In this document: piece by piece, positions 39,866-53,035 of the stretch
Numbering within the stretch: position 1 is the stretch's first letter
How the letters are laid out: every line of letters starts with the position of its first letter
Origin: Octopus vulgaris
Lineage: Eukaryota
Assembly (NCBI GenBank): GCA_951406725.2
Contig: OX597829.1
Coordinates: 23,560,001-23,624,000 of the forward strand
Direction of reading: 5' to 3'
Length of the DNA stretch: 64,000 nt
Notes under the pieces: model-generated
The model's database searches: none
The model's input: the letters and a program-made list of their open reading frames with translations, nothing else
What the model was told of the DNA's origin: nothing
Program-made: the position numbers and the translations under genes

Positions 39866-40025
39866 TTTCAATACTGCATATTTCAATACTGTAACATTCT
39901 TCAAGTTTGCAGCTATGTGATTAATATATGCAACAAACAACAGGGGTCCAAGAATGGATCATTGTGGTACACTAGATGTCATCTCGCAAGGGTGCAGTGT
40001 GCTGTGCTAGAACTGTATCTACCTC
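39866..40025 (-). mobile_element. CR1/L2-like RT fragment
   Basis: SVPQ*SILGPLLFVAYIN...VLKYA. Confidence 0.6.
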
Positions 40026-41555
40026 CTTTTGACCAAACCTGTGTGTTCTACCCATGCAAAACAAGAGAACTTTTCACACACCCTATCCCAAAAAACCAAT
40101 CTACATCTCCTCATCTCTTCTCTTCCTCACTTTTCCTCTTTCATACACTATGCCTACCTCTCACTCCCCAATCCTGCCCTCATGGTCCTGTTTTCTTGTA
40201 TCATTGCTATCCAATAGCCCCTCTAACTCTATATATACCCAGGTCTTTCGCCACATACTCACACTCTATAATCACATTCCCTTTACAATATCCTGCCACT
40301 TATATTATGGCATTTGAACCTCAAGGTTATGCCTTGACACTTGTAACCATCTGTATCTCTCTCTTCCTTTACTCAACTAACCCATTTATATTCTGAACCC
40401 CATTTCTTGTAAGTATGGTCGGCACTTTGCCACCATCTCTATCCTGCTGTCTTCCACTCTCTCTCTCTCTCTCCTTCTCTTGCTCTTCTCTCAGTAGTTC
40501 CCACTTCCTGGGTAACCACGTATCACCTTTGCAGTAGCACACCTGTTTCTGTCTTCATTCTTGATCCCTCTCTCTTTCTCTCACCAGCCAGGTTACCTTG
40601 TACCTCCTCTACTACAGCAAGACACCTGCTTCTGTCTCTCAGTCACATTATAACCTTTCATCATCTGACACAAGATCACCTCCTCCAATGCCCCCTTTCC
40701 TCTCAAAAGATTTTTTCGTCTTGCAAGGTACTTGGTGACCCTGTCAGTGCAGGTGCCACTTAAAAAGCGTCCAGTCCACACTGTTAAGTATTTGGCTTTT
40801 GGAAGGGCATCCTGCTGTGAAATCTTTCTCAAAACTCACCTCGCCTGTGCTTGTGCCACATAAATAGCACTAAGTCCACTCTGCTAAGGGCATCCAGCTG
40901 TAAAAATCCTGCCAAAACAGTCACAGAAGTCTGGTGCAGGCTTCTGCTTGGTTGGCTCCTGTCAAACCATCCTACCCATGTCAACATGGAAGGTGGATGT
41001 TAAATGATGATGATGATTATCACACACACACACACACACACACACATTTCTTTTATCCATTTCAGCGATATGGCTGCAGTCATTCTGGAGCACCACAGTG
41101 ATTTTGTACCTTTCTTAAAGCTTTCTAATTTTGACTGACCTTTTCAGGGTGGTGACATTCCACATAACTATCCATGTAATTGCTTTTACCCTCGTCATTG
41201 GCTCATTTTTTGTTTGAGGGAGTTTGACACGGCTGCCCTCTTTTGTACTTATATGTTAAGATGTTGATTTATCCGGTACTGTGGATAGCAGAATATCCAG
41301 TTACTTTTTGAACACATCCACATTGTGTAAGATTACCTTTTTTGTCTTCTACTTGTTTCAATCATTAAATTGTGGCCATACTGGTGCAACACCTTAAAAA
41401 ATTTTTTAGTTAAATGATTTGGTTGTGGTACTTATTTTTCTTGTAAGCCTGGTACTTACACGTTCTATTTTTCTTTTTTACCAAACGGCTAAGTAAATAC
41501 ACCAACATCAGTTATCAAACAGTGGGGGTGGAGGATTGAAACAGCCACAAAGACA

Positions 41556-41611
<56 letters not shown>

Positions 41612-41621
41612 CATACATACA

Positions 41622-41657
<36 letters not shown>

Positions 41658-41689
41658 TATGTATACATAAGCACTAAATAAAGGTTACA

Positions 41690-43017
41690 AACCTCATTCA
41701 GGGATAGCAAAATCCTATGAAAGTACTGGTTAGTTACTGATATGCCCTGCTTGATCTGTAGAAAAGGTGTAGGTAGAAATTCCATAAGAGGTACCCAGTG
41801 TAAGCTATGGACACGTAAGACGTGCAGCAACATCAAAGGAAGATTAACTGGGAAGATAGCTTTCATGTGTAACAGATGCACAAAGGCATCACGTGTAGCA
41901 GATGCTCAGAAAACAGACTCCATCACATGCCAGGGGGAGGAACTAGAAGTAGTTGATAGCTTCCACTACCTAGGCAACCAAGTTTGTAGTGGGGGGGGGC
42001 GGATGCTAAGAGAGTGTTACCACTAGAATAAGAATAGCCTGGGCAAAGTTTAGAAAGCTTCTACTCCTACTGGTGACAAAGGGCCTCTCACTCAGAGTGA
42101 AAAGTATATTGTATGATGCATGTGTGTGAACTGCCATGCTTCACAGCAGTGAAACATGGGCCGTGACTGCCGAAGACATATGTAGGCTCGAAAGAAATGA
42201 AGCTAGCATGATCCACTGGATGTGTAATGTCAGTGTGCACACACAACAGAGTGTAAGTGTCCTGAGAGAAATGGTAGACATAAGAAGCATCAGATGTGAA
42301 GTGCAAGAGAGACATTTGCATTGGTATGGTCATGTACTGCAGATGGATGAGGAGAGCTGTGTGAAGAAGTGCCACTCCCGAACAGTGGAAGGAATCCGGG
42401 GTAGAGGGAGACCCAGGAAGACATGGGATGAGGTGGTGAAGCATGACCTTCGAATGTTGGGCTTCTCAGAGGCAATGACAAAAGCCTGAGACCTCTGGAG
42501 GTATGCTGTGACTGAGAAGACCCAGCAAATAAAGTGAGTACACAGCTGTAACCTACACCAGCATCACATAACCAGCCCATTCAAAAGTACCTTGGATCGT
42601 AGGGCAACATGCCGTGCTTGAGGAGACCTATTGAGTCAAGTACATCAACATCAGCAATATCAAAATCAAATCAAATCAAATGGAAATTGTAGTGGTGAGC
42701 CCTGTGCCGATAGAATGTAAAAAGCACCATCTGAACATGGCCAATGCCAGTGCTGCCTTGACTGGCTTCTGTGCTGGTGGCACATGAAAAGAACCATCTG
42801 ATCATGGTTGATGCCAGCTCCTCTGGCCCCTTGTGCTGGTGGCACGTAAAAAGCTTCCACTACACTCTTGGAGTGGTTGGCATTAGGAAGGGCATCCAGC
42901 TGTAGAAACACTACAAGATCAGATTGGGGCCTGGTGCAGCCTCCTGGCTTCCCAGACCCCAGTCAAACTGTCCAACCCATGCCAGCATGGAAAACGGACG
43001 TAAAACGATGATGATGA
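41690..43017 (+). mobile_element. 5'-truncated RTE LINE with a Cys-rich zinc-finger-like segment
   Basis: PCLICRKGVGRNSI...CKLW...CS...FMCNRC; LEVVDSFHYLG; SETWAV...LHWYGHVLQM...GRGRPRKTWDEVV; (GAT)n tail. Confidence 0.9.
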
Positions 43018-43423
43018 TATATTTATTTATGTATGTATGTATATATATATGTATATATATATGTGTGTGTATATATATATTAGAAGGTTTGGAGGTGATG
43101 TACAGGTATTATATAATAGAAGAAATAAGGTACTCAGAAATCTGGATGGTTTTATATTTACAGATTTTTATTAATATGTCACATGTTTTTATAAATCATA
43201 TATTAGTGCTTGGATTCTTCAGATTTGAATTTTTTTAGGAGATTCGCCTCTTTTTATAGTATTATTGAGTGTGTAGGGGTGGAGAGAGATATAGGATAGT
43301 AAAAGAGGGTGAGGAATGGGGAGAAAGTGAGCGAGTGCGTGCATGTGTGCATGCATATATCAAAATGCTCCCTAGTATCCTTCCTAGCACATATTTCAAG
43401 AAATATTGTTTAATTCTATTTAT

Positions 43424-43822
43424 AGGTGCAGGAGTGGCTGTGTGGTAGGTAGCTTGCTAACCAACCACATGGTTCCGGGTTCAGTCCCACTGCGTGGCAT
43501 CTTGGGCAAGTGTCTTCTGTTATAGCCCCGGGCCGACCAATGCCTTGTGAGTGGATTTGGTAGACGGAAACTGAAAGAAGCCTGTCGTATATATGTATAT
43601 ATATATAAGTGTGTGTATATGTTTGTGTGTCTGTGTTTGTCCCCTTAGCATTGCTGGTGTGTTTACGTCCCGTCACTTAGCGGTTCGGCAAAAGAGACCG
43701 ATAAAATAAGTACTGAGCTTACAAAGAATAAGTCTTGGGGTCGATTTGCTCGACTAAAGGCGGTGCTCCAGCATGGCCGCAGTCAAATGACTGAAACAAG
43801 TAAAAGAGTAAGAGTAAAGAGT
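43424..43822 (+). mobile_element. SINE family A, young subfamily
   Basis: Near-identical to the copies at 48453, 50052 and 52645. Confidence 0.85.
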
Positions 43823-43852
43823 ATATATTTAGCTATTATTGTTATTATTGTT

Positions 43853-43954
43853 GACCTGAGGAGTGACTATACTTTTAAATTGAATTGTTTTTTTATTAAA
43901 TTCAAATTTAATTGTAATTCAAAATGAAGTTATAGCCATGAAATGTACATAGTC
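43853..43954 (+). ncRNA. Type I hammerhead motif within a repeat spanning about 43830-44105
   Basis: gac CTGAGGA gtgactata-(loop)-tatagccat GAAA tgtaca TA gtc. Palindromic stem III. Confidence 0.65.
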
Positions 43955-44119
43955 TTTTTACTTATTGTATATTATTTATTCATTTTTTTGTACTTTTTCT
44001 GATCTAGTTAAATGTTTTATAATATATTCTATTTTTTCTTTATGATTCGGCATATGTCTATCATTGTTTGAATTACATAATAGTGGTTTTTCTCTAATTT
44101 ACATATATTATATATATAT

Positions 44120-44660
44120 ATAAATGGATGTATGTATTTTCCCTTGTTTACAATTGACACAGTAAAAATAAATAAACAGTTACCAGGGAAGCAAAAAGAT
44201 CACACAAATAATAAGGAAGTAGCATCCTGTTTGTAAAGGTAGAAACTTTGGGTTGATGTGAAATATTTTGTATAATAAATGTAAATAAATAGATGATGTT
44301 AAATGCAGGTCTATTTCCAAGCCTTTAAGCTTTTATTTTAATTCAGATACCACTATTTCTCCTTTATTAGGTTTCTGCTTATTTCTTTCCTTAACCCCTT
44401 CTCTTTCTATAGGCTACCTTTGACGTAATATCTTTTAACAGTTTTTTAAAAAACTTAATAGCTTTCTGTTCATCATTATACACATCCATCAAATTGTTAA
44501 AATGTCTTATTGTTGAGTTTGGTTTCTTTCTTTCTTTCCCTGATGAGAAGATTACATAGTTTTGCACCATTTAATTCCTTTGGAATAATACCAATGTTGT
44601 CTTCAAAACATATGTCGGAAGTAAAAGAATTTGAATAACACCTGCGTTTAACTCCATTTA
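44120..44660 (+). mobile_element. HHR-bearing repeat with 5' inverted segment; HHR at 44535-44621 carries G12A
   Basis: 44120-44310 matches 12963-13145 in the same orientation; 44505-44660 matches 13125-13240 inverted. ttcc CTGATGA gaaga...tcttc AAAA catatg TC ggaa. Confidence 0.7.
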
Positions 44661-44679
44661 TATATATATATATATATAT

Positions 44680-45018
44680 CACCAGCGTTGTTTTACTGGC
44701 ACTTGTGCCGGTAGCATGTGAAAAAACATTCGAGTGAGGTCATTGCCAGTGCTGCTGGACTGGCTCCTGTGCAGGTGGCATGTAAAAAACACCATTTGAG
44801 TGTGGCCGTTGCCAGTACCACCTGACTGGGCCTCATGCCAGTGGCACATAAAAGTAACCACTACACTCTAGGAGTAGTTGGCGTTAGGAAGGGCATCCAG
44901 CTGTAGAAACTCTGCCACATCAAGATTGGAGCCTGGTGCAGCCATCTGGTTCGCCAGTCCTCAGTCAAATTGTCCAACCCATGCTAGCATGGAAAGCGGA
45001 CGTTAAACGATGATGATG
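44680..45018 (+). mobile_element. RTE 3' UTR copy
   Basis: Tandem ggca(c/t)gtaaaa units, aggaagggcatccagctgtagaaac, (GAT)n. Confidence 0.8.
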
Positions 45019-45774
45019 ATCATCATCATGATGATGATCAGCCTGAAGCTGACCAAAGGCTTGTAAGTGGATTTTGTACACGAACACTGAAAGAAGATTG
45101 TCGTATAAGTGAGTGTGTCTGTGTTTGTACTCCCACCATTGCTTGACAACTGAAGTTGTTGTGTTTATATCCCCATAATCTAGCAGTTCAGCAAAAGACA
45201 CTGATAGAATAAGTACTAGGCTTACAAAGAATACATCCTGGGGTCGATTCGTTCGGCTAAAGGTGGTGCACCAGCAATGCCGCCTCACATGACTGAAATA
45301 AGTAAAACAGTAAAAAAGCTATACATTTTATTCCAGAGCAACGTCGGGTATCCCTGCTAGTGTCATTATAAAAAGAAAGCGTTTTCTTCAGATGAGTACA
45401 TGAACCATCGTATTAGGAACGTTTCTTCAGTACCAACGATTGTATTCGTCTATAGTTGCTGCTTGTGCATCTTAATTTTGACCTGACCTAATGCCTTACC
45501 ATTTAAGTGTCTGATTCAACTGGAACCTAATATACTGTGTATGCGCGCGCGTGTATGTATGTGTGTGTATGCGACAGGCTTCTTTCAGTGTCTGTCTATT
45601 AAATCCACTCACAAGCCTTTGGTTGGTCCAAATCTATAAAAGGCACATGCCCAATGTAGCATGCAGCGGGACTGAACCCGGAACCATGTGGTTGGGAGAC
45701 AAGCTTCTTACCATACAGCCAAAGCATTGAAAAGATGAGGGCCTTTTGAACTCTACGCTATTTCAGTACATGGT

Positions 45775-45965
45775 CCTGGTGCTGAAAAGTTCCTGGCTTT
45801 AAGGGTTTCACAAAAGGCCTGGCTGAAGGCCAAACCTCCTGAGTTCTTTTACAGGGCTTAGGAAACTGAAAGACCGCTGCAATGAGTGTGTGAATCTGAG
45901 AAGGAAATAGGTTGAATAAAATCATAATTAACTGATCCTACTATGTTTTCTTTTATCTTAAGCCC
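45775..45965 (+). mobile_element. Mariner-derived MITE
   Basis: gctgaaaagttcctggcttta end; internal RKLKDRCNECVNLR..VE* resembles a mariner C-terminus. Confidence 0.45.
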
Positions 45966-46471
45966 CCTATATATTACATATATTATTAATATATACATAT
46001 ATTTAAAATACATACTCACACATATATATCATTATGTGCGTGTTGCAGAATTATAGTTGCGGATATGTCAATCTTTCACTTGTAAATTTACTTTTCCCTC
46101 CCGTTTCTACACACCATAGTTTATTCCCACTGTCGGTCTTCATATATATATATATATATATATATACAGAGAGAGAAAGAGAGAGAGAGACGCGAATTTC
46201 ATGTTTTTGTTAGAAGGATTGCCAAACAACGAATTCTATCAAGAGTGTGTCGTTATATTTTACAGACGAGGCAAATTCTGATGATTGATATTAAAATAAA
46301 CAATCATTACTCTGCAATAAAATCTCACGTGTTTTACAGATTCCCTCCTCATAATTCTTGCAAGTGTTTTGTTAGGAGTTTCAATATGGTTGCAAAAAAA
46401 AAAATGCATCGGATGTTTTCTTTACACACACACGCATACCATATACATACATACATATATATATATGATCC

Positions 46472-46506
<35 letters not shown>

Positions 46507-47832
46507 GGTAGTTAGATATAGGCATACAAAATCCATACGTGTCCTGGATATAGTAAAATGAAGGCTGTAACATTTATCTACAGCAACGCCATAACGAAAC
46601 TAATGGCCCTGTATATACACACGCATATTTAAGAACGAAGACATACAGGCATTCATATCTATGTGTGTGTGTATATATATATATAAGCACACATATATAT
46701 TTCACATATTCAGTAAAGGACGAAAACACTTTATATATATATATGGTTACATTAAACATTGCGGATTACGTTGTGCTATATTTCTTATTTTCTTAAAACG
46801 AATTTTTCGGCTAAAAGTCTTTGAACACTTCACACGATTAACTATAGACGACATTTTAAAGCATAACTTCCTTCTTTAGACGCGGGTAAAAGTATCTTCT
46901 CCCGCCCTTTCGTTGTCACATTTAATGAATGTGTGTGTACGTGTATGTGAGTGTGTGCACGTATACTCCTTTCTAGACAGATATTCTTCGAGACTTAGCT
47001 TCCTGCTCCTCGTTATCATGTAGCATAATTGGGGACGACAATACAGCATGTCCTACCCACGATGAAATAAAGAATAAATAGAGATAACCACGTCTACTTT
47101 TTAAGTTTATAAAAATAGGGGGCATCACTCTAATGTTATGTTTGACATAGAAATTTCTCTGCTTCTTTTGTCCATCAGTTTTTGCCTGATAAGAAAAGAG
47201 TGGTTTCCCCTATTTACATCGAACAGGGTATATATATAATGCCACATTTGAAAAGCACGTCCTTATTTCATCCACACATACGAACGTTAATAAATTGTGA
47301 GCGCATGGGCATAAGCTGTCCATGTACGTGTGTATGCGTATGTGTGTATATGTATGTGTGTGTGTGTGTGTGTAGATAGCTAGATATAGATACAGATGAA
47401 GATAGATAAGTAGGGAAAGAGAAATATATAGATAAGTATAGACATGTATCCTGGTTTTTATCTTTTTAATTTCTCACCAATGAACAGAAGCCATTTTCTA
47501 ACAATATAAACAAAGAGTCTTTTACGCGAGTTCAGTCAACACTAACAGGATGTGTATACTTCTATGCACATATGTATACTTGTAGGTTTACATGTAAGCA
47601 TGTATGTATGTGTGTATGTTTCTTTTTAAGGATTTACGTATGCATGAAAAAAAGCTCTAGTACAGTCTATAAAGTGGTTGGAGTTAGGAAAGGTATCTAG
47701 CTGCAGAAACCGTGTCAAAGCAGATATTGGAGCTCAATTCATTCCTTGAACCCATTTGCTCCTGACAAACAATCCAACTCTTACTACAATGAAACATGAA
47801 CGTTACATGATGATGATGATGATGACAATAGT

Positions 47833-47870
<38 letters not shown>

Positions 47871-48452
47871 GCGCGCACGCGCACGCGCACACACACAAAC
47901 ATGCACACACACACACACACACACATACATACTTACCACACACTAAAACATTATTATATATTTAGACATATGCACACATATACATACACATGTAAACATA
48001 CATCAAATGCCAAAATATTGAAAGAAAATGAAAATATCTCATGCCTGAAAAGTTAAAACTCTTTTAATTTCATCATTTCTTTTCAGTGACACAGTGAAAC
48101 AAATAACATACATACATGCATACATACACACATGCATGAATACATACATACATACATACATACATACATACATACATCTGACAGACAAATAGATAGATAA
48201 GTAGACAGATAGTTTTTTCCCTCTCATACCAAATTATTTATTTGCATATATTGTTAAGATAATTTATGCTGTTCAGTGATAAAACTAACAAAGAAGGCTG
48301 TAAGTTCATCTCCTTTTGGAGAAGAAAATTTTCAAGGGAAGACACCATTCACATATCTAGAAATCAAGTTAACTAAATTAGACAGTAACTTCATAGATAT
48401 TCCCCAAATTTCTTGGTTACAAATCAGGAATGTGAATGACTTTTACTATACT

Positions 48453-48864
48453 CTTTACTCTTTTACTTGTTTCAGTCATTTGACTGCGGCCATGCTGGAG
48501 CACCGCCTTTAATCGACCAACTCGACCCCAGGACTTATTCTTTTGTAAGCCCAGTACTTATTTTATCGGTCTCTTTTTGCCGAACCGCTAAGTAACGGGG
48601 ACATAAACACACCAGCATCGGTTGTCAAGCAATGCTAGGGGGACAAACACAGACACACAAACACACACACATACACATATATATATATATATACATATAT
48701 ACGACAGGCTTCTTTCAGTTTCCGTCTACCAAATCCACTCACAAGGCATTGGTCGGCCCGGGGCTATAGCAGAAGACACTTGCCCAAGATGCCACGCAGT
48801 GGGACTGAACCCGGAACCATGTGGTTGGTTAGCAAGCTACTTACCACACAGCCACTCCTGCGCC
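48453..48864 (-). mobile_element. SINE family A, young subfamily
   Basis: Full-length copy. Confidence 0.9.
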
Positions 48865-49345
48865 TATATACTATGCATGTATATTACTATCATTTTTGAT
48901 AGCACAGGCTCACATGACTTAGTATAATAGACGAAGAAAATATTCAGATATTAAATAAGAAACTTCTTATTGTTATAAGTGCATTCAGTTATTTGCTTCA
49001 AATTTTTGCACAAGGCCAGCAATTTCGGGGGAGGGGGTAAGACAATTAGATCAATTACAGTGATCAACTGGTACTTATTTTATGGATTCCAAAAAGATAA
49101 AAGGCAATGTTGACCCCAGCAGCATTTTGAGCTCGGAACATAAAGACAGACGAAATACTGCTAGGCATTTTACCCTGCATGCTAACAATTTTGCCATGCT
49201 TGCTACCTTAAGACAGCGAAAGGCAAAGTTAACTTTGGCAGGATTTGAACTCAGAACATAATAAGTCAAAAGAAATGCCACTAAACATGTTATCCAACTT
49301 ACTATTCTGCCACCTTGCCTCCTTAAATGCTTTTAAATATTAAAA

Positions 49346-49836
49346 CATCGTGAAGTATATTTGCCACTTAAATGTGGCTAACCCTTAAGGGTGGATGCTA
49401 CTGTAGCTTGTAGCCCCAGGAGGACACCTCCTCCAGCTGGCTATTGACACACTTTACTTCACGATGTCATGCAGCTACGGTTTATATCTCGCTCAGAGAT
49501 TTATTATTGCTTATTTACACTTTTTCGAGATCAGTGTCTTTTCGTCACTGGAAAAAGGATACATATACTTGCATTGGGAACTACTTCACATTGACAACTC
49601 ATGATTGTCACATGCTGATGATGGGTGAGTACCCAGAAACTCGGGTCTGTGTGTATCATGTCAGGTTGCAAATACTGATAGGTCACAGAAAGTGTGTCAA
49701 TAGCCAGCTGGTGGAGGTGTCCTCCTGGGGCTACAAGCTACAGTAGCATCCACCCTTAAGGGTTAGCCACATTTAAGTGGCGAATATACTTCACGATGTC
49801 GTGCAGCTACTGTTTATACCTTGCTCAAAGATTTAT
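49346..49836 (+). mobile_element. Non-coding hammerhead retroelement, 332-bp unit, partial tandem copy, 111-bp 5' inverted segment, 10-bp TSD
   Basis: 49456-49503 repeats at 49788-49835. 49345-49455 is the reverse complement of 49689-49799. TSD aatattaaaa at 49336-49345 and 49837-49846. Confidence 0.85.
49609..49653 (+). ncRNA. Type I hammerhead ribozyme
   Basis: cacatg CTGATGA tggg-tgagta-ccca GAAA ctcggg TC tgtgtg. GUC site. Confidence 0.8.
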
Positions 49837-50051
49837 AATATTAAAATAATTTATACAAAACTTTTCCTATTTATTTTTCTTTTAATCCAATCCAATGTTT
49901 TAAAATATTTTGAATAAAAAATTAAATCATCTTACAAAACAAACCTACTTCAAATATATGGAACATACACTACATTGTTGATGTATTTATTGAATATCAG
50001 TTTCCCTTTATTTCTTTTAAAATACTATTATCTTTGACAGCTCAGCTTTAT

Positions 50052-50450
50052 TACTCTTTTACTTGTTTCAGTCATTTGACTGCGGCCATGCTGGAGCACC
50101 GCCTTTAGTCGAGCAACTCGACCCCGGGACTTATTCTTTTTGTAAGCCCAGTACTTATTCTATCGGTCTCTTTTTGCCGAACCGCTAAATGACGGGGACG
50201 TAAACACACCAGCATCGGTTGTCAAGCAATGCTAGGGGAACAAAACAAACACACTCACATACATATATATATACATATACATATATACGACAGGCTTCTT
50301 TCAGTTTCCGTCTACCAAATCCACTCACAAGGCATTGGTCGGCCCGGGGCTATAGCAGAAGACACTTGCCCAAGATGCCACGCAGTGGGACTGAACCCGG
50401 AACCATGTGGTTGGTTAGCAAGGTACTTACCACACAGCCACTCCTGCGCC
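50052..50450 (-). mobile_element. SINE family A, young subfamily
   Basis: Full-length copy. Confidence 0.9.
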
Positions 50451-50499
50451 TTAGTTGATCTTTATGATAAAAAATGCTATATCATCTTTATAATCATTA

Positions 50500-51310
50500 T
50501 CATTATCATCATTTAATGTTTTTTGTTCATGCTGGCATCAGATGAATGGCTTGATCAGGGCTGGCAAGCTGGAAGGGTGCATCAGACTGCAGTCTGATTT
50601 GGCATGGTTTCTATGGCTGGATGCCCTTCCTAACATCAACCACTCCGAGAGTGTAATGGGTGCTTTTATGTGCCCCTGACATTTTCTGCTGCTTGCATGA
50701 CACCACTATCTGCCATGACTGTGGTTTTGTTCAGCTTGATGGGTCTTCTTCTCAAGCACGACATTATACCAAAGGTCTCAGTCATTGCCTCTGTGAGGCC
50801 AGACACTTGAAAGGAGCTCATCCACTTTGTCTCTGTGAGGCCCAACACTCAAAAGGTGTCTTTTACGTGTCACCATTATGGGTGCCAGTTACATGACTCC
50901 AGTATCAGCCATGACTGCAATTTCACTTGGCTTGACAGATCTTCTCAAGCACAGCACATCACCAGGGATCTCGGTCACTAGTCATTGTCTCTGTGAGGCC
51001 TAAAATTCAAAGATCATTCCTCACCATCTTGTCCCATGTCTTTTTGGGTCTACCTCTACCACAGATTCCCTCTACAGTTAGGGATCAGCACTTCTTTACA
51101 CAGCTGACCTTGTCCATACACATCACATGACCATACCAGCACAGTAATCCCTCTTGCACACCACATCTGATGCCTCTTATGCCTAACTTTTCTATCAAGA
51201 TGCTTACACTCTGACGAACATGCACACTGACATTGCACATCTAGCAAAACATACTGGCTTCATTTTTTTCAAGCCTACACATGTCCTCAGTTGTCACAGC
51301 CCATGTTATA
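50500..51310 (-). mobile_element. 5'-truncated RTE LINE
   Basis: TWAVTTEDMCRLEKNEASM matches the ORF at 42136; 3' UTR and tail present. Confidence 0.8.
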
Positions 51311-51360
51311 AACATTATATAAAACCCATCAAATTTTAACTGTATAAACAATATTCTTTG

Positions 51361-51634
51361 CCCGTGCCGCTGGACTGGCTCCTGTGCAGGTGGTATATAA
51401 AAAACCACCTTTTGAGCGTGGTCATTGCCAGTACCACCTGACTGGCCCTCGTGCCAGTGGCACATAAAAGCACCCACTACACTCTAGGAGTGGTTGGCGT
51501 TAGGAAGGGCATCCAGCTGTAGAAACCATGCCAGATCAAGATTGGAGCTTGGTGCAGCCATCTGGTTTGCCAGTCCTCAGTCAAATCGTCCAACCCATGC
51601 CAGCATGGAAAGCGGACGTTAAACGATGATGATG
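51361..51634 (+). mobile_element. RTE 3' UTR copy
   Basis: Near-identical to 44750-45018. Confidence 0.8.
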
Positions 51635-51699
51635 AACAAATGCAATGCAACTTCTGTAATATAATCAATTAAAATTTTTGAAGACCATAGTATGCTGTA

Positions 51700-52445
51700 T
51701 AGTTCAAATTCTTCAAAATAGTATTACCATGCATTTTGGGAGAAAAAACCCTGCGTTCACTTACTCCCTCCACAACACTGATATCAAAAATCCTCTTGCG
51801 AGCGTGACCTAGGCATCACTGTCAGCAGTGATTTGCGTTGGTCAAAGCATATCTCTAAGATTGTCAGGAAGGCCGAGGGTGTCTTGGCATCACTCAGCAG
51901 GTCTTTTGTTAGCCGCTCTCCAGCCATCTATTTAAAACTGTATACAGCTATGGTACGACCACACTTGGAATTCGCATCATCAGTTTGGAACCCCTATCTT
52001 GCACAGAACATTGACCTCCTGGAATCTGTCCAGAGACGTGCAACCAAACGCATACCCTCCATCAGACACCTACCATATTCTGAGCGCCTTGTTTCCCTGG
52101 GCATGGATTCACTGAAGCTCCGGCGTTTGGCGACGGACTTGGTAAACACCCACAAAGTTATCAACCACCTCACCAACAACAACACTGAACACCTTTTTGA
52201 TCTCCATGTGTCTAACACACGTGGACATGCCTACAAAGTCAGAAAACAATACAGCTCCCATGACTTTCGGAAACATTTTTTCACGCTCAGAGTTGCTGAA
52301 GCATGGAATAAACTGCCTGCGTCAGTTGTTGACTGCCATGACACTGCATCTTTTAAGGCCCTCATGCTTTCCGAAATCCGCCGAAACTACACCTGATTAT
52401 ATATACACTTTAGATGAGTTGTAGTGCACCTGAGCACTGTACACA

Positions 52446-52478
<33 letters not shown>
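51700..52478 (+). mobile_element. CR1-like LINE 3' end, relatively young (open 187-aa frame)
   Basis: LYTAMVRPHLEFASSVWNPY...LESVQRRATK...YSERL...TRGH...FFTLRVAEAWNKLP; tail gttgtagtgcacctgagcactgtacaca(ATT)n. Confidence 0.9.
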
Positions 52479-52481
<3 letters not shown>

Positions 52482-52644
52482 TCAATATTATATTAAAATT
52501 CTGTAGCATTTAATATTGTATGTATTATGAAAATTGTATAATATTTAAAAATTGTTTCATTACATTGCATGGCAACTATTAATGTGTGTATGTGTGTGTA
52601 GGTAGAAAGATAGACAAATATATCAGTATCTCTTTCTCTTTCTT

Positions 52645-53035
52645 TTCTCTTTTACTTGTTTCAGTCATTTGACTGCGGCCATGCTGGAGCACCGCCTTTA
52701 GTCGAGCAATTCGACCCAGGGACTTATTCTTTGTAAGCCCAGTACTTATTCTATCGGTCTCTTTTGCCGAACCGCTAAATGACGGGGACGTAAACACACC
52801 AGCATCGGTTGTCAAGCAATGCTAGGGGGACAAACACAGACACACAAACACACACATACATATACATATATACAACAGGCTTCTTTCAGTTTCTGCCTAC
52901 CAAATCCACTCACAAGGCATTGGTCGGCCCGGGGCTATAGCAGAAGACACTTGCCCAAGATGCCACACAGTGGGACTGAACCCGGAACTATGTGGTTGGT
53001 TAGCAAGCTACTTACCACACAGCCACTCCTGCGCC
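52645..53035 (-). mobile_element. SINE family A, young subfamily
   Basis: Full-length copy. Confidence 0.9.

Noticed and set aside
39734-40396. Longest ORF in the track (220 aa)
   Set aside because: Chance read-through across an antisense SINE, an antisense LINE fragment and pyrimidine-rich sequence.
45330-45362. Helitron-like 3' end (gcaacgtcgggtatccctgctagt)
   Set aside because: An isolated 30-bp resemblance with no matching 5' end nearby.
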